A stretch of DNA of 55,503 nt, counting the filler, from Sphacelaria rigidula (taxonomy: Eukaryota), in assembly GCA_964200075.2 (NCBI GenBank). It is 5 parts of 5 records of this genome, joined end to end, with 100 filler letters (N's around TTAATTAATTAA, not from the genome) between each part and the next. Parts side by side here need not be neighbours in the genome. Positions count along the whole stretch, not along the records: positions 33,364 to 44,383 come from CAXNAA020005523.1; positions 44,484 to 55,503 come from CAXNAA020005524.1; 3 more parts are not named here. One strand, given 5' to 3'. The notes under the pieces were generated by a model, which did not search any database, had not been told where the DNA came from, and saw nothing but the letters and a program-made list of their open reading frames with translations. The first letter of the stretch is position 1, and every line of letters starts with the position of its first letter. Made by a program: the position numbers and the translations under genes. This document shows, piece after piece, positions 35,787 to 47,600 of this stretch.

Positions 35787-38700
35787 CTCGGTGGCGAAAA
35801 GATCGGCTCTGCCGGAGATTCTACAACTGATTCGTCGGCGTCCTCGCGTGGCGGTATTCGAGCGACGGCGAGGGAGGGGTATGGCTCCGCTTTGGCACTG
35901 CTGCCGAAGGCCGATGCGGCTCGTACCAGTACAAAGTTCGTGTCTCAGGAGGATAAGGAAGGAGGAGCGAGTTGGGAGGAGGAGTTTTTCTTCTCGCGGG
36001 TAGCAGGAGAGACCGCCGTTCGCATCATTTGCGTCGACAAGGTTTGTGTTCTTGTTTGCGGTCTTGATGCTTTTGTCTAATTGAAAAGTGTCGTGTGCTT
36101 TTTCTTCATGTGTTATTAGGTGTTTTCGCCATTTGCCTCTTGTTTCTTTTCACACTCTGGACGATGGACACAATAATAGCCCATTGCGTCAGCAATAGAC
36201 ACGGGGGAAAACCTATCGATATATACTGTCGAATACGATAGATGGCGAAAAACATATGTTGATGTGTGTTGCAAAGGACAATGGATGTTGCAATATTCGA
36301 TGGATATTCTACGGCAACCACAATGGAGATCACTCGCCACCAATGGACATCGTGTACCGCAATAGATTCTGGGTTGTATATATCGATAGCCATTGCGTAA
36401 TCAATAGGTTTGGTGAGCCATCTGTCGATAGTCATTGCCGTCATCAAAATATTAGGTGAGCCGTCGACCAATATCAATTATAATCATAAGATTTGGTGAG
36501 CTATCTATCGGCAGCCTCTGCCGCCAACAAAACATTTTTGGTTATATATCAACCAATATGGTCATTGCCGTCAACAATCGATTGTTCTCGGGAGCACCTA
36601 TCGATAGCCAGTGACGCCAACAATAGGTTTTGATAACTATATTGCTCACTGCAGTGGTATCATGACATCAACGGTAATGCCCCTGACACATGAACACGCA
36701 CCTACCTGAGGCGATCGCTGGCCGTAGCTTGTGTTGAATAAGGTGAAAACATTCGTCGAAAACTGTGCATACATAGCGCTAGTGATCGACGCCATTCAGC
36801 TAGTTTTGTGCTCAGCAATAGATATTGGTGGCCGCGATTCAGATTGCATTGTGACCAGGGATATACATCGGTGGCCGCGATTCAGATGATATTGTGACCC
36901 TCAACAGACATTGGTGGGGCGCAAGTTGGATCCTAATGTGACCACCAACATGTATTGGTGGCCGCGTGGCAGGTCCTGTTGTGATTAACCATAAACATTG
37001 GTGGCCGCGATTCAGAGCCTATAGCAACTAATAAAATGTATCGACGGACAACTTGGCCCCGCCATTGTCACGGCAATGATACATTCTGTCCCTTGTCCCG
37101 AATCTATTGTGGTCTACAATAGCTATCGATAGACATTGATGCCAGTCGATCATGACTGACAATGAACATCGACAGTCAAATTTTCGGGGCTATTGCAGCG
37201 GCAATGTTCCATTACATGGTCTATTGTCCGGGGTATAAGCACATCTCACCCACACACAAAAGTACTGTAAGCGCTAATGTTCATCAGAGAGACAACCGTA
37301 AGTACCAACACCACACCAACAACAAACTTGTAAACTTTTGTCGACACAAATTGCGGATTCTTACAAAGTACAAACGTTCCAAGTTGTAGAAACGTGATGT
37401 TATATATTCACAAGTAGTATCGTAATATACCCACTGCATGTCCACCGGTGGGTTCTCTACCGTACTCTAACGGAGTGTGATATGCTCTATGCGCAATATG
37501 TTGCCATGTAAGTGTGGCAAAACACGACAGAGAATGTCTATCAGTAGGTATTGTATACCACAGAATATTCTAGTACGTATCTATATTTTCATTGCGGTCA
37601 TGCATAGATTTTGTACGCAATATATCACTAGCGATTGCCGTCATCAATAGATTTGGTGTACAATCTATCAATAGCTATCGTCGTCACCACTAGATTTGGA
37701 AAACTATCGATCGATACATTTGGTCCGTCGCAATAGATTTCGGTGCAGGGCCATAACAGACTGCTGCCCGGCAAAAGTGTGGGAAGCTGGTCTATCGATA
37801 GACATTGCCGACGACACCAGAAAGAAACTTGCCGATCGATGGCCATTACGGACGACAATATTGGCATCTACTGCAGCAGATTCTATTGCTAGCGCAATAC
37901 ATGCCGTACATTGTCCAGGCTGTGCTTCTTTCCCCCCGATTGGCTGTTGTACTCATTTGTCGTACTATACGAGCTCAAGGTTCTGCCGTTTCCACAATCA
38001 TGTGTTTGCTCAGGGGACGATTAAGTTTGTGTTACCGGATAAAGCTGAGTACAATTCTACGCTAGTCAGCTATGGCTGGGCACGTGCGGATCATGGCATA
38101 ACCTATCTTGAGCATACAAGCGACCGTTTTGATGCTACCCTCCTTCCAGCTCTATTTCTGCTACGTGCACTAACGAACGTCCTCCCTTGCCACCGCCGGC
38201 GCTACCTTCCTCCAACTTTACTCCAACTCCTGCCAACCATGCCACCATGCACGCACACACACGCGCGCGCGCGCGAAACAGCCGCTAAGTGACGGAGCAG
38301 AGGCCATAGTCGTAGGTGAGGCCCTCATCCCCGTCTCCCGCCTGCCGCAAAACGAGCCGGTGGAGCAGTGGTACGGCCTGCAACCGCCCGTTGGCTCGGG
38401 TCTAACCTTTACCAAAGCGGCACTCCTCCTGCGATTTCTTTTCACCACTACACCAAGCCCAACGACCACGGGCGCCGCCGCTACATCCGCGACCGGCAGA
38501 GCAGCGTCTATTTCTCCGCAACCGCCAGTGGGCAGCAGCGCGCAAAAAGCCCTCACGTGGGGACCGAGCCCCGAGAAGATGGACGGAATCGGGGGACCAG
38601 GTGACGAAGGCGGCGTTGGCGGAGCGGGGCGGGCGCCGCGGTTAGGGCTTGAGCCAGGGCAAGGAGCCGAAGGACCGACGGGGTCTGGTAGCGATCCTGC

Positions 38701-41700
38701 AGGATTTCTCATGAACGCGAGAGCAGACTATGAAGTGGACAGGACACTCGATCCATTCGCCGAGGAGATGGAGACGGAAGGAGGGCAGGGCGGTGGATTT
38801 CGGGATGAGGGGCACACTAGCAGCTGGAGGCCGCAGCAGCTGCAGCTGGGGACGTGGGGTAACACGACTGGGACAATCCACGCGGTGAGTGGAGGTGGGG
38901 ATGGCAAGAGCCGGTGGCTTATATGTGTGTGTATATGTGTATGTTGCTTCTGTGTGTCCACCGGTCTAGTTGTCTCAAAAAAACAGGTCGCACTAGCGTA
39001 CGAGATGTGGGGTACTGTAGTGACGTCTCTCTCGTCTCGAGGAATGCCCTCGCTTGTTCGCCAGAAGAAAGAGACGCGTGCATGTTCTGCTGTATGCATT
39101 CCGGCTTGTGCCTGCGCTTTCTCATCCGTGCGTCTCTTGTGAACTGGTGGTGCTGTATCCACCGTTCCCCCCGTTCCCTGCGGTACTGCATTGCAGGGAG
39201 CTGCGGCGGCGGAGGCGGCGCTAACGCTGTCTACTGACGAGATTCTTCCCGCCGGACTCGTGGACTACTTCTTGGTGGTACGTTCTATAATAGTTTTTCG
39301 GGCCGTCGTAATTTGTGTGTCGTCACGCGCTCGGCTGGTCTCTTTGTCCTGTTTGTTTCACGGGAAAGTGCGGGTATTAGGGTTCTTGCTAGCACGGTGC
39401 ATTTGCACTGCTTCCAAGAGGAAACATCTACAATTTGCTGCTGTAAAACGTGGTTCTTCATTCAAGGCACTGTCTTTCGTGCAGGGCATACTCCTTGATG
39501 TGTTATGGGGTGCAACCAACCACTGTACTCGCACCCCACCCCACTCCGAGTACTCACCGAAAAGAGCGTCGGTTCCTGGTGTTGGCGTGGAGTTTATTTT
39601 TGACACCTTGCGAATCTAAGGAAGAAATAAATTATGATATGTAGCTGAAGTCGCTACGTGCATTCTTTGCGGGTTCTCTCGGAAAACCAAACTTCACATG
39701 GAACATACCAGACCACAATTGTGTGCGGCGATCCCCGATTCATATTTGCTTTTGGAAACGCAAATATCAGGTGGGACCAGCGTCCGACGAGAACGGGAAG
39801 CTTCAAGTAGCGGACTATGCCGACTGCGGCTTCGGTTCCTCGAGCGCGCCCGCAGCGGGGGCAAATCGCGGCGATGAGGAACTCTTGCCGGCGACCGCTG
39901 TCGAGGTGGAGAGCGCGGTGTTGGAACACTTTCCCGAAGAACAACGAGAGGATGCGCCGTTCCCAACAAAGGTCAGTTGTCGGGGGCGTGGGAGCGAGGG
40001 GGATTGGAGACTGGGGGCTAGGTCTGTGCAGGTGCTGATGTAATGAAAAGGAGCAGCATCGGTGCCATGATTTCAGCGGGAGATGTCCCGCGTTCTGGGA
40101 TGAAATTCGTTCAAGGGGGTGATCTGGACGTCCGTGAGTGACTATAAACAGACTTGGGAATGTGTTCACCATTGAGAGGCAGGCCTCTGATCCATGGACA
40201 CACGAACGAGCGTATTTAGCTTTAGAGTGGGCGAGAACTACTGAAAACTGGACGATGGAGTGCGTTCTCTATGGTGATTTTGGCAGAGTCACGTTCGTGG
40301 CTGTTTCCTCCCGTACGCGCGTGGCAGCCGCTCGCCGCTCGAGCGATCCCAGTTCGCTCTGAGAAACCGAGCTACTTCAGGAATTCAAGAGTCATCAGGC
40401 ACATATTCGTTAGACGCGAACATGAGACTTCTGTGGTATTTTTTTTTTTTCTCCGCTTCCCTTTCTTTTGTACTGATGATGCTTTGATGACCATCGACAG
40501 GTGGAGTGGTTTTGCTTCCCACAAGGCCTGTTCCTCGTGTCGTCGGCGGGACAGCCGGCCCCGCACGTCTCTTCGTTCGTCCGCTTCATGTCGGGTGTGC
40601 ACTCGTACGGCCTGTGCCTTACATTTTACCGCCAAGTGGAGATTTCGGAAGTCGACGCGTTGGAACAATCTTCCGCGACGTCTTCGGTAGGCTCCTCCTC
40701 TCCCTCCCGAGACAACTTGGACGGGCTATTCAGGCCGCAGGGATCAATGTACGGCTCCTTCAGAGGCATAGGCGGCAGCGGTCGACGGACAGGCGGAGGG
40801 TCCGGAGGCATCGGGGGACGGCGGGTGAGGGAATTGGGGTCCGGGGGCATCGGCGGGTCGGGACGACGGCGTGGGAAGCTGTGGTGTCCTGTGTGTCTTT
40901 GCGTGCTGACACACATTCCGGTGCTTGAAGGACTGATGCACTGGCTTCGGATGTTTCACTGGTGCCTTGTGCGATTAGAGCGAGAGGCTGGTGCGGGCAA
41001 TAAGCGTCCACCGGGGCCGTCGGAACTGGATGCTGCGGTTTTTCAAATCACTCTCGAGGTGTGTATGTGTGAGGGTGTGGCGTAGATGGTGTGATCTCCC
41101 AAGGATGAGTGATGAGTACGAATTCAGTGCGTGCGTGCGCGTGTAAAAGACGTTTTCGGTGCTGCTGTGTTTGTTTTGCTTCTCGCGCTTTCATGTTCGT
41201 TCTGATCATTGGTGATACAGTGAGGTCGCTGTGCTTGCTTTACCGCCGCGCTTGGCCTTCCATGAAGGAGCTGAAGGTTGCAATTTTTCGGCGGGGTGGA
41301 GGAAACACCTTGAAAGGGCGCGCAAGCCTCGTGACTGCAAGGAATGGTTCCCCCCCCAAATCCGTCCTTACGTCACTGGGGTTGACAAGCTTTTTGATAC
41401 CCAGTTGTGCGCTCGTATCGCTACATGTGAAGTATGCAGGCTTTTTTACGTACAAGTGTGCAGTTACCAAACCACTGTAAACAAACCAAAGTGCAGCTTC
41501 CCTCGCCTCTCCGCTGTGCTTGTGTTTTCGGCGACAGGCGATTGAAATTTGAACATGTTGAAGGCGGCTTGCCACACCGTGTACGCTTGAAGCACCTGTC
41601 GTTGAGAAGAAGCCCACCGCAACTTTTGCCATTCTACTACGTACTCCTCTTTTGCCGTCTGTCGCAGGTGCCGTTGCCCGTTCCGGGCGTGTGTGCAATG

Positions 41701-44058
41701 TCGGTGCGCGCTTTCGGGGAGCGCTTTTTAAATTGTCCGGAGCCTGAGTATGTGTTGCCGGGACTCCGGGAACTGCCGGCGCTCTCGTTTCCGCTTAGTC
41801 TCTTGCTCAGGTGAAGTGATTCGTGACAAATGGAACACTATCAAACGAAGGAGGAGGTCAGGGCAGGGCGGGGGGGGAGAGGGGGGTATGCATGTAATCT
41901 ATATCTTGGCTAACAGGCGCATTGATATTCCTCCTCAATAGTGCGGGAATTGTCAAGGAATGAGGATTCTGGGCTCGAGGAAAGGATATGGTGTTGCGCG
42001 AGAAGCACTTCGTGGACGCAGCAGGTGCTCGATTTCGCTTTCATTTGTCATGTGTTGGCATGTGTCGGTGACGCTGGGTACTTGAGTTTTGGGGTATTGG
42101 AGGTGGACCTGGTTTGTGGTTGGGTGGGGGACTACAATTGTCCAGGGCACAGATGTGCCATTCACGCCACCTCTTGGAACTTCGTTTAGCTTTGTTGTGG
42201 TGTAGCTTATGCGTCGCTCTATAATAGTGAACCCCTGCCCTTCCTCAGATAGACAGGGCGCTAGAATACACAAGGAAATGGAGAGTGACAGCGAACGTCA
42301 ACAAATGCGCGGTANNNNNNNNNNGGTACTCGTCTGTAACGAAGATGAGAAAAAATCCGGTAGAGTTCAAATGGAAGTGGGAAGAAGAGGAATTGCCGAT
42401 CGTGGACCAGTACACATTCCTTGGCCTAGAGATCTCAAGTTGTTGTTCTTGGGATGCACACATAGACAGAGCAATAGAAAAGGGTGAGGCACAGATAGGC
42501 AGGTTGGATGTGATCCTCAGAGACTCGCACGTAGACACTAGGATTGAGATACATATCCTGATGAACGTGATCGTACCAAAGCTAGAATATGCAGGAGAAG
42601 TATGGGAGAGGAACGCGAAGTTGGTGAAGTTGGAAACACTACAGATGGCAGCAGCTAAGAAAATACTCGGATGCTTGAAAACGACGAGTAATACAGCTTT
42701 GAGAGAAGAGTTGGGAATGTACTCACTTGAAACGAACAGAGACATGGGGTAATTGCGATGACAATATAGCGTAAAGAACATGCAGAGAAAGAGATTGCCA
42801 GCTATAGTTGATAATGCTGTATGGAAGAAAATTACAAAAGGGCAGGCTGGAAAAAGGTGGGATGAAGAAGTCGAGTAAGTATGGAAGCAGATAGGAGGAA
42901 ACCAAGACGGAATATTGTCCATAGATGAAGACGCGGAGTACAACGCAAAAGTAAGAGATATGATGGAAATGAGGAAAAAGAGAGCGCTCAGACGCAAAGT
43001 GGACGAGGAAGAACACCTGGAGATATACGGGGGGTTTTGAGAGGGGATAGGGATGAGAGCATATTTGCATGGCGCGATGGACGCTGCGGAAAACATGAGA
43101 CTGCGATTTCGGGTGAGGGACCTGGACTTGCCAGAAAGAAGAAAGAAATATACCAGTAGCCGAAAGGAAGGAGTAAAAAGGCATGACTGCCCCTGTGGCA
43201 GAGGAATATAGAGCAGAAGTCATATAGTGGCAGAATGTGAACTATACATGAAGGAACAGTACGTGCTAGAGGGGGAAATCGATGGTTATTCTAGGAAATA
43301 GATGGTGGCCACAGATAGCGACACAGGACGGGAATCAGGTATGAAAAATATTTTGTGTAATGTATGTAAGAAACGTAATGAGCGCCGGAATGTCGGAGGT
43401 GACTCTAGTAGGGGTAGGACTGTGCTCCGTCTCGAAAGGGATGCGTAGTCAATGGTCAAACGACTAAGGCAAGCAACGAATGAGTACGCCCCCCCCCACC
43501 CAGCCCTCACCGCTCAACACCCCCCACCACCCACACGACACCCCTAACGCACCNNNNNNNNNNGAGAGTGTGAGTCACGTCTCGTGTGAAAGAGCTTGCA
43601 AGCATCTCTGGACCTCCTCCCCCCCCCCCCCCCGCCCCCGTCTTCCTCTTCCTCTCGTGTAACGTTCATGGGTCATTGCCTTCATCGCATTCATTTTCAG
43701 GATGATGCGATGTCGATTGTACGTTTGCTCGGAAGACGTTGCTTTCAAAAACACCGTTGTTGTGAACAACTAGTCTCCATGTCAACTGATCGTTTCTCGT
43801 CTTGTCACGCTCTTTTTGTCCTTGACCCTGGGGTGGCACAACGGGCGGCGCGGACGACAAATTCTGCGGTTACGACTCTGGTGATCGCAGATCGCTTCGA
43901 CCCCAGGGGGTGATAAATTTGTTTGCCGCTGTGCTACAGGAGGGGCGAATACTTTTGCACTCTACAAAACCCGCATTGCTGGCGGCCGTGGCGGAAGGAA
44001 TATTCGCGCTGATGTACCCATTGCAGTGGCCGTACGCGTATGTTCCAGTTCTCCCCAG
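35787..44058 (+). CDS. Partial multi-exon gene: C2 domain plus uDENN/cDENN (DENN-domain Rab guanine-nucleotide exchange factor-like protein)
   Basis: Phase-consistent exons: 35787-36041 (ASWEEEFFF...VRIICVDK), 38282-38884 (IVVGEALIPVSRLPQNEPVEQWYGL, C2 C-terminal strands), 39197-39277 (LVDYFLV), 39771-39971 (VLEHFPEEQREDAPFPTK), 40501-41058 (VEWFCFPQG...YGLCLTFY...CPVCLCVLTHIP), 41668-41810 (VPLPVPG...LPALSFPL), 43891-44058 (LFAAVLQEGRILLHS...ALMYPLQWPYAYVPVLP). These are hallmark uDENN and cDENN motifs. The gene is truncated by the contig end. Confidence 0.9.
36151..37924. mobile_element. CAC...GTG non-autonomous element (CMC/CACTA- or Transib-like) with subterminal CAATAG/ATCGAT-rich repeats, intronic in the C2-DENN gene
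   Basis: The left end CACACTCTGGACGATGGAC...ATTGCGTCAGCAATAGA matches the reverse complement of the right end, CACAGCCTGGACAATGTAC...ATTGCGCTAGCAATAGA. Flanks are CTTTT / CTTCT. An internal 43-bp tandem array lies at ~36823-37020. Confidence 0.6.
42250..43410 (+). mobile_element. 5'-truncated LINE fragment (RT thumb/C-terminal region with Cys/His knuckle), inside an intron of the DENN gene
   Basis: Peptides 'LPIVDQYTFLGLEISSCCSWDAHIDRAIEKG' and 'VIVPKLEYAGEVW', and downstream CPCG...SHIVAECELY, with stops and frameshifts. These are typical LINE ORF2 C-terminal motifs. Clade not assigned. Confidence 0.8.
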
Positions 44059-44674
44059 GTTTGTTATCATGTGTGCCATTGTCTGAACCGATCGACGCAT
44101 TGGCAGAGCAGTAGAACATGTACTCGCTTGCTCAATGTAAAGGGGAAGGGTGCGTGGATGGATTGTGGATACTTGGGGCGTATGTGGTACATGTGGCGCA
44201 TGTCCTCACCGGTTGAAGAGGGATATATTGTATCCCCTGGGGAATTAGGTCGTGGACCCATCGGCAGGGTCTGACTCAGCAGCACCAATTTTAACTGGCA
44301 ATCCCCCCCCCCCCCCCCCCCTCCGCCCGGGGGTCCCGCCAAGGGCATCGGTCGGAGACGCCCCCCCCCCCCCACACACCCCCNNNNNNNNNNNNNNNNN
44401 NNNNNNNNNNNNNNNNNNNNNNNNNNNTTAATTAATTAANNNNNNNNNNNNNNNNNNNNNNNNNNNNNNNNNNNNNNNNNNNNCGTACCTTTCCTAGGCG
44501 AAAAACGAGAAGGTATACCTTTTCTAGGCCATTGCCCATATAATAATAATAAGAAGAAGAAGAAGTAGAAGAAGAAGAAGAAGAAGAATGTTCGAAGTCA
44601 TGACTTTCCGAGAAATTACCATCCCTGACAAGTGGTAAACTTACCTCGGCGCGGGTGGGTACGGTCTGTGCTGA

Positions 44675-45493
44675 GGGCGTCTGAGCCCTTTTTTTAATCG
44701 AAAAAAACGTCGATGGAATTGACTTGGAAGAAATTCGCTATTTTTTCTCGAGTTGGGTTCGAGCGAATGTGTTTCAAGCTTTCGATCGGAAACTTCAGTG
44801 AAATTTGTGAAGCGGTACTTCGTCGCTCGTGTACAGTATTATGTACAGTATTATGTACAGTACAGACAGTCTACACTGTCGTCTGCATGTGGTGTGTATA
44901 AGTGCGTGTATGCGTGTTTCGTACAGTGGGGTGTGAAAGAGAAGCGGGCAACGTGCAGTACAGACAGCGTAGGACTATCTATTCTCTCGGCTTATAATGC
45001 GACGTGAAAAGGACGTCAGCAACGTGCAGCTTTGTACTGTCTGCACTGTCGACGAGCGTGTACGCAAGTCGGCCGCTCACCGTACCACGCAGTTCCGTCG
45101 CTGATCCCTACCATGAGAAAAGATGCTCGAGTTTTTGCGAACAAAAAATAAACAAAGCATACCCAACTACCGCAGTGTATATATCCCTGTGCTTGACTCG
45201 TGCTCCATGTTGCAGAGACGCGGTGGTAGCTGAGAATGAGTTGTGTGGGGTTCGCATGGTTCTGTGAACCGGTGGTATCTGGCGCAGTGGTCCGCCAGAT
45301 AGGAGTCAAGTGCCTGTCGATCGCATATTTTCTATCGAGAAGGCTTAGTTTTATTGTTTTCCACTTCTTCGCGCGCCACTAATGATGAAAATAGTTAAAA
45401 CCAACTGGGAATAGAAATGCGGTGGACTTATCACATCCATTTTTTTTTCCACCGCACTTTTTCGATCGAAAATAAGTGTGCTAAGACACGCCC
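44675..45493 (+). mobile_element. PIF/Harbinger (Tourist-like) MITE, copy 1
   Basis: Ends are GGGCGTCTGAGC...AATCGAAAAA and TTTTCGATCGAAAATAAGTGTGCTAAGACACGCCC, with TGA directly on both sides (44672-44674, 45494-45496). Length 819 bp. Homologous to 51193-52009 in the opposite orientation. Confidence 0.75.
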
Positions 45494-45910
45494 TGACACG
45501 AAACTGTCTGCTGCTGCGGAAGAAAAATCATATGCCTCTTGCCCAGAGATAGGGGCAACATATTGCAAATTTGAGTTGCAAAATTTCGACCAATTAGCGC
45601 CTTTCAACGCACGAAAATGCGGGAACTTTCCATCAATCACAGGAGAGCTATGAGAGGCATGTGAGTTGCAAAATAGTTTTGATTGGCCCACATGTTGCGC
45701 CGCTGTGAGAGAGACAGCTTCGAAAATCAATCGCCGAGGATACAACAATCCATGCTGGCTCAATTGTTTGCTCCGAACTGCGGGCACCCGCCTTGAGTAT
45801 ATTTCCCGATCACAGCACCATTTTACAGCTGAAGGAGCAATGAAGACACAACGAACAGCTACACAGCCATCATGTTCATGATTTTTTTATACCCTAGACA
45901 TTGGCCGGTC

Positions 45911-46260
45911 GCCCCGGTGGCTCAGTCGGTAACCTCAAAACCTTTGACCGTTGGGTCGTGGGTTCGACTCTCGGAGGGATCTGCGATTTTTTCTCATGCC
46001 CAACAACAGTGGAGAGCGACTATATCGTGGGTATACGAAATTCGATTTCACGGTCGACGAGGGAAAGGGACTGCTCAACCCCTCTCGCGATCAAAAAAAA
46101 AAGGCAAGCACCGCAGGAGGAAGGCGGAGTACTAAAAACAAAACAAAACAAGAAAAAACTCTTGTGTTGGCCTTCCTCCTGTGTGACCCCGGCTGGTGCG
46201 CCCACACATAACGAAAGGTGTAGACCGGCGTCCAGAATAGAAGGGACGACAACACACACA
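45911..46260 (+). mobile_element. tRNA-derived SINE
   Basis: The head GCCCCGGTGGCTCAGTCGGT has Pol III A box TGGCTCAGTCGG (45918-45929) and B box GGTTCGACTC (45961-45970), but no intact cloverleaf. The body ends ...GACCGGCGTCCAGAATAGAAGGGACGACAACACACACA. An inverted copy of this tail is at ~46970-47035. Confidence 0.7.
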
Positions 46261-47600
46261 TATGGTCACAGATGCAATAGACAAAAATGTACTCGGTAAA
46301 GTATGGGTCCACTGCAGCTACTGACGAACAATAATTGCAAGATGCACACACTTTACCCAGGAGACTCTTGGTTTATTGCATCTGTTCGCCATGCTGTCCA
46401 GGTTGTGGATATTTTCAACTTTTGCGTAGACAGCACATTGGCCCCACCCCAATTCTGTTCAGACTTCAACACAGCAGGAGTACAGCGGCTCAGGCACTCT
46501 CCAGCGCAGATCGAACCGTGTCCGTAAAGGGTTCAAACCCACCACAGCGCAGCGACAACTACAGCATAGACATGGGTGGGGGCAGCACCTTGTTCGTTTC
46601 ACTGCAGTCACCCGCCTTGTGTGTCTTCTCCGATCACAGCACCCACCTACAACTGCAGCGCAAATGAAAGAGGTTAGTTTTACCACTTGTGAGGGTGAAG
46701 AAAAGTTCTGATGAAATTAACAATGAACAATCACCCATCTCGGTTTGGTCAAAATAATCATTTTGCTCCTCTCATGAATGTGGAATATTTGTTAGTAATA
46801 CGAGTATATCAAATGTAACCCAACACAAATCCAAGCCAGACCGTAACATGCACATTTGTGCATGTGTTCGTCCCTGCTACTTCATTTCCTACTACACGCC
46901 CCTTCTAATTTCCTCTGAAACTCGTGCTATACGCAATGCCCGAAGCGTGTCCCTCGCGGTCCTACTACTGTGTGTGTGTGTGTGTGTTGTTGTTGTCCCA
47001 TCTATTCTGGACGCCGGTCTGCACCTTTCGGTATATCCTACGGTATTAGTGCATTACGGTGAAGCTATTGAAAATATTGATTTACCCCAGTGGTGAATAC
47101 ACGATGTGAACCAAACATACCCTAGCGTAAGCATAAAACATACCCAAACGCCTGAACATTCCCAGGGTGGGTAGGTGGGGAAAGGAAAGAAAGAATTCAA
47201 GCTAAACTGCCACCCCGTCTTTTCCCCGTTGCCCCAAGCTTAAATCTCAATCTCCGTGACTGACCCATTTTTTTGCATCGACCGTTCCACAATTGCCCTC
47301 ACATTAGCCTAGATTGTTCACATTCATACCCGTTCCACAAACCGCAGATCCCGCCACTTTCCGGTTTTTCAACAGTATTTTTGAGTCCATTCTTCTCCTC
47401 AGACAGTATGGGGTCAAAACAGTGGTATCACCTTCCGTAGGGGTTGGTGTATCCATTCGTCGTGAACAGGAGGGAAAAGATGAGTATTGCTCGAACTGGC
47501 GATGAGCGACTGAGCAATACTCATATATTTCACGTATTCCCGACTGTAACAATTCGGAGAAAAAACTGAGAAGAGTAGACTAAAAAAAACTGACGTTGTA

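Noticed and set aside
36823..37020. CRISPR-like 43-bp periodic repeats
   Set aside because: The variable parts are short and mutually related. This is a degenerate minisatellite inside a TIR element.
42245..43223. Minus-strand ORFs of 283 and 166 aa
   Set aside because: They are antisense shadows of the plus-strand LINE fragment.
45911..45985. tRNA gene
   Set aside because: A and B boxes are present, but the acceptor and anticodon stems do not form. The sequence continues into a SINE body and tail.
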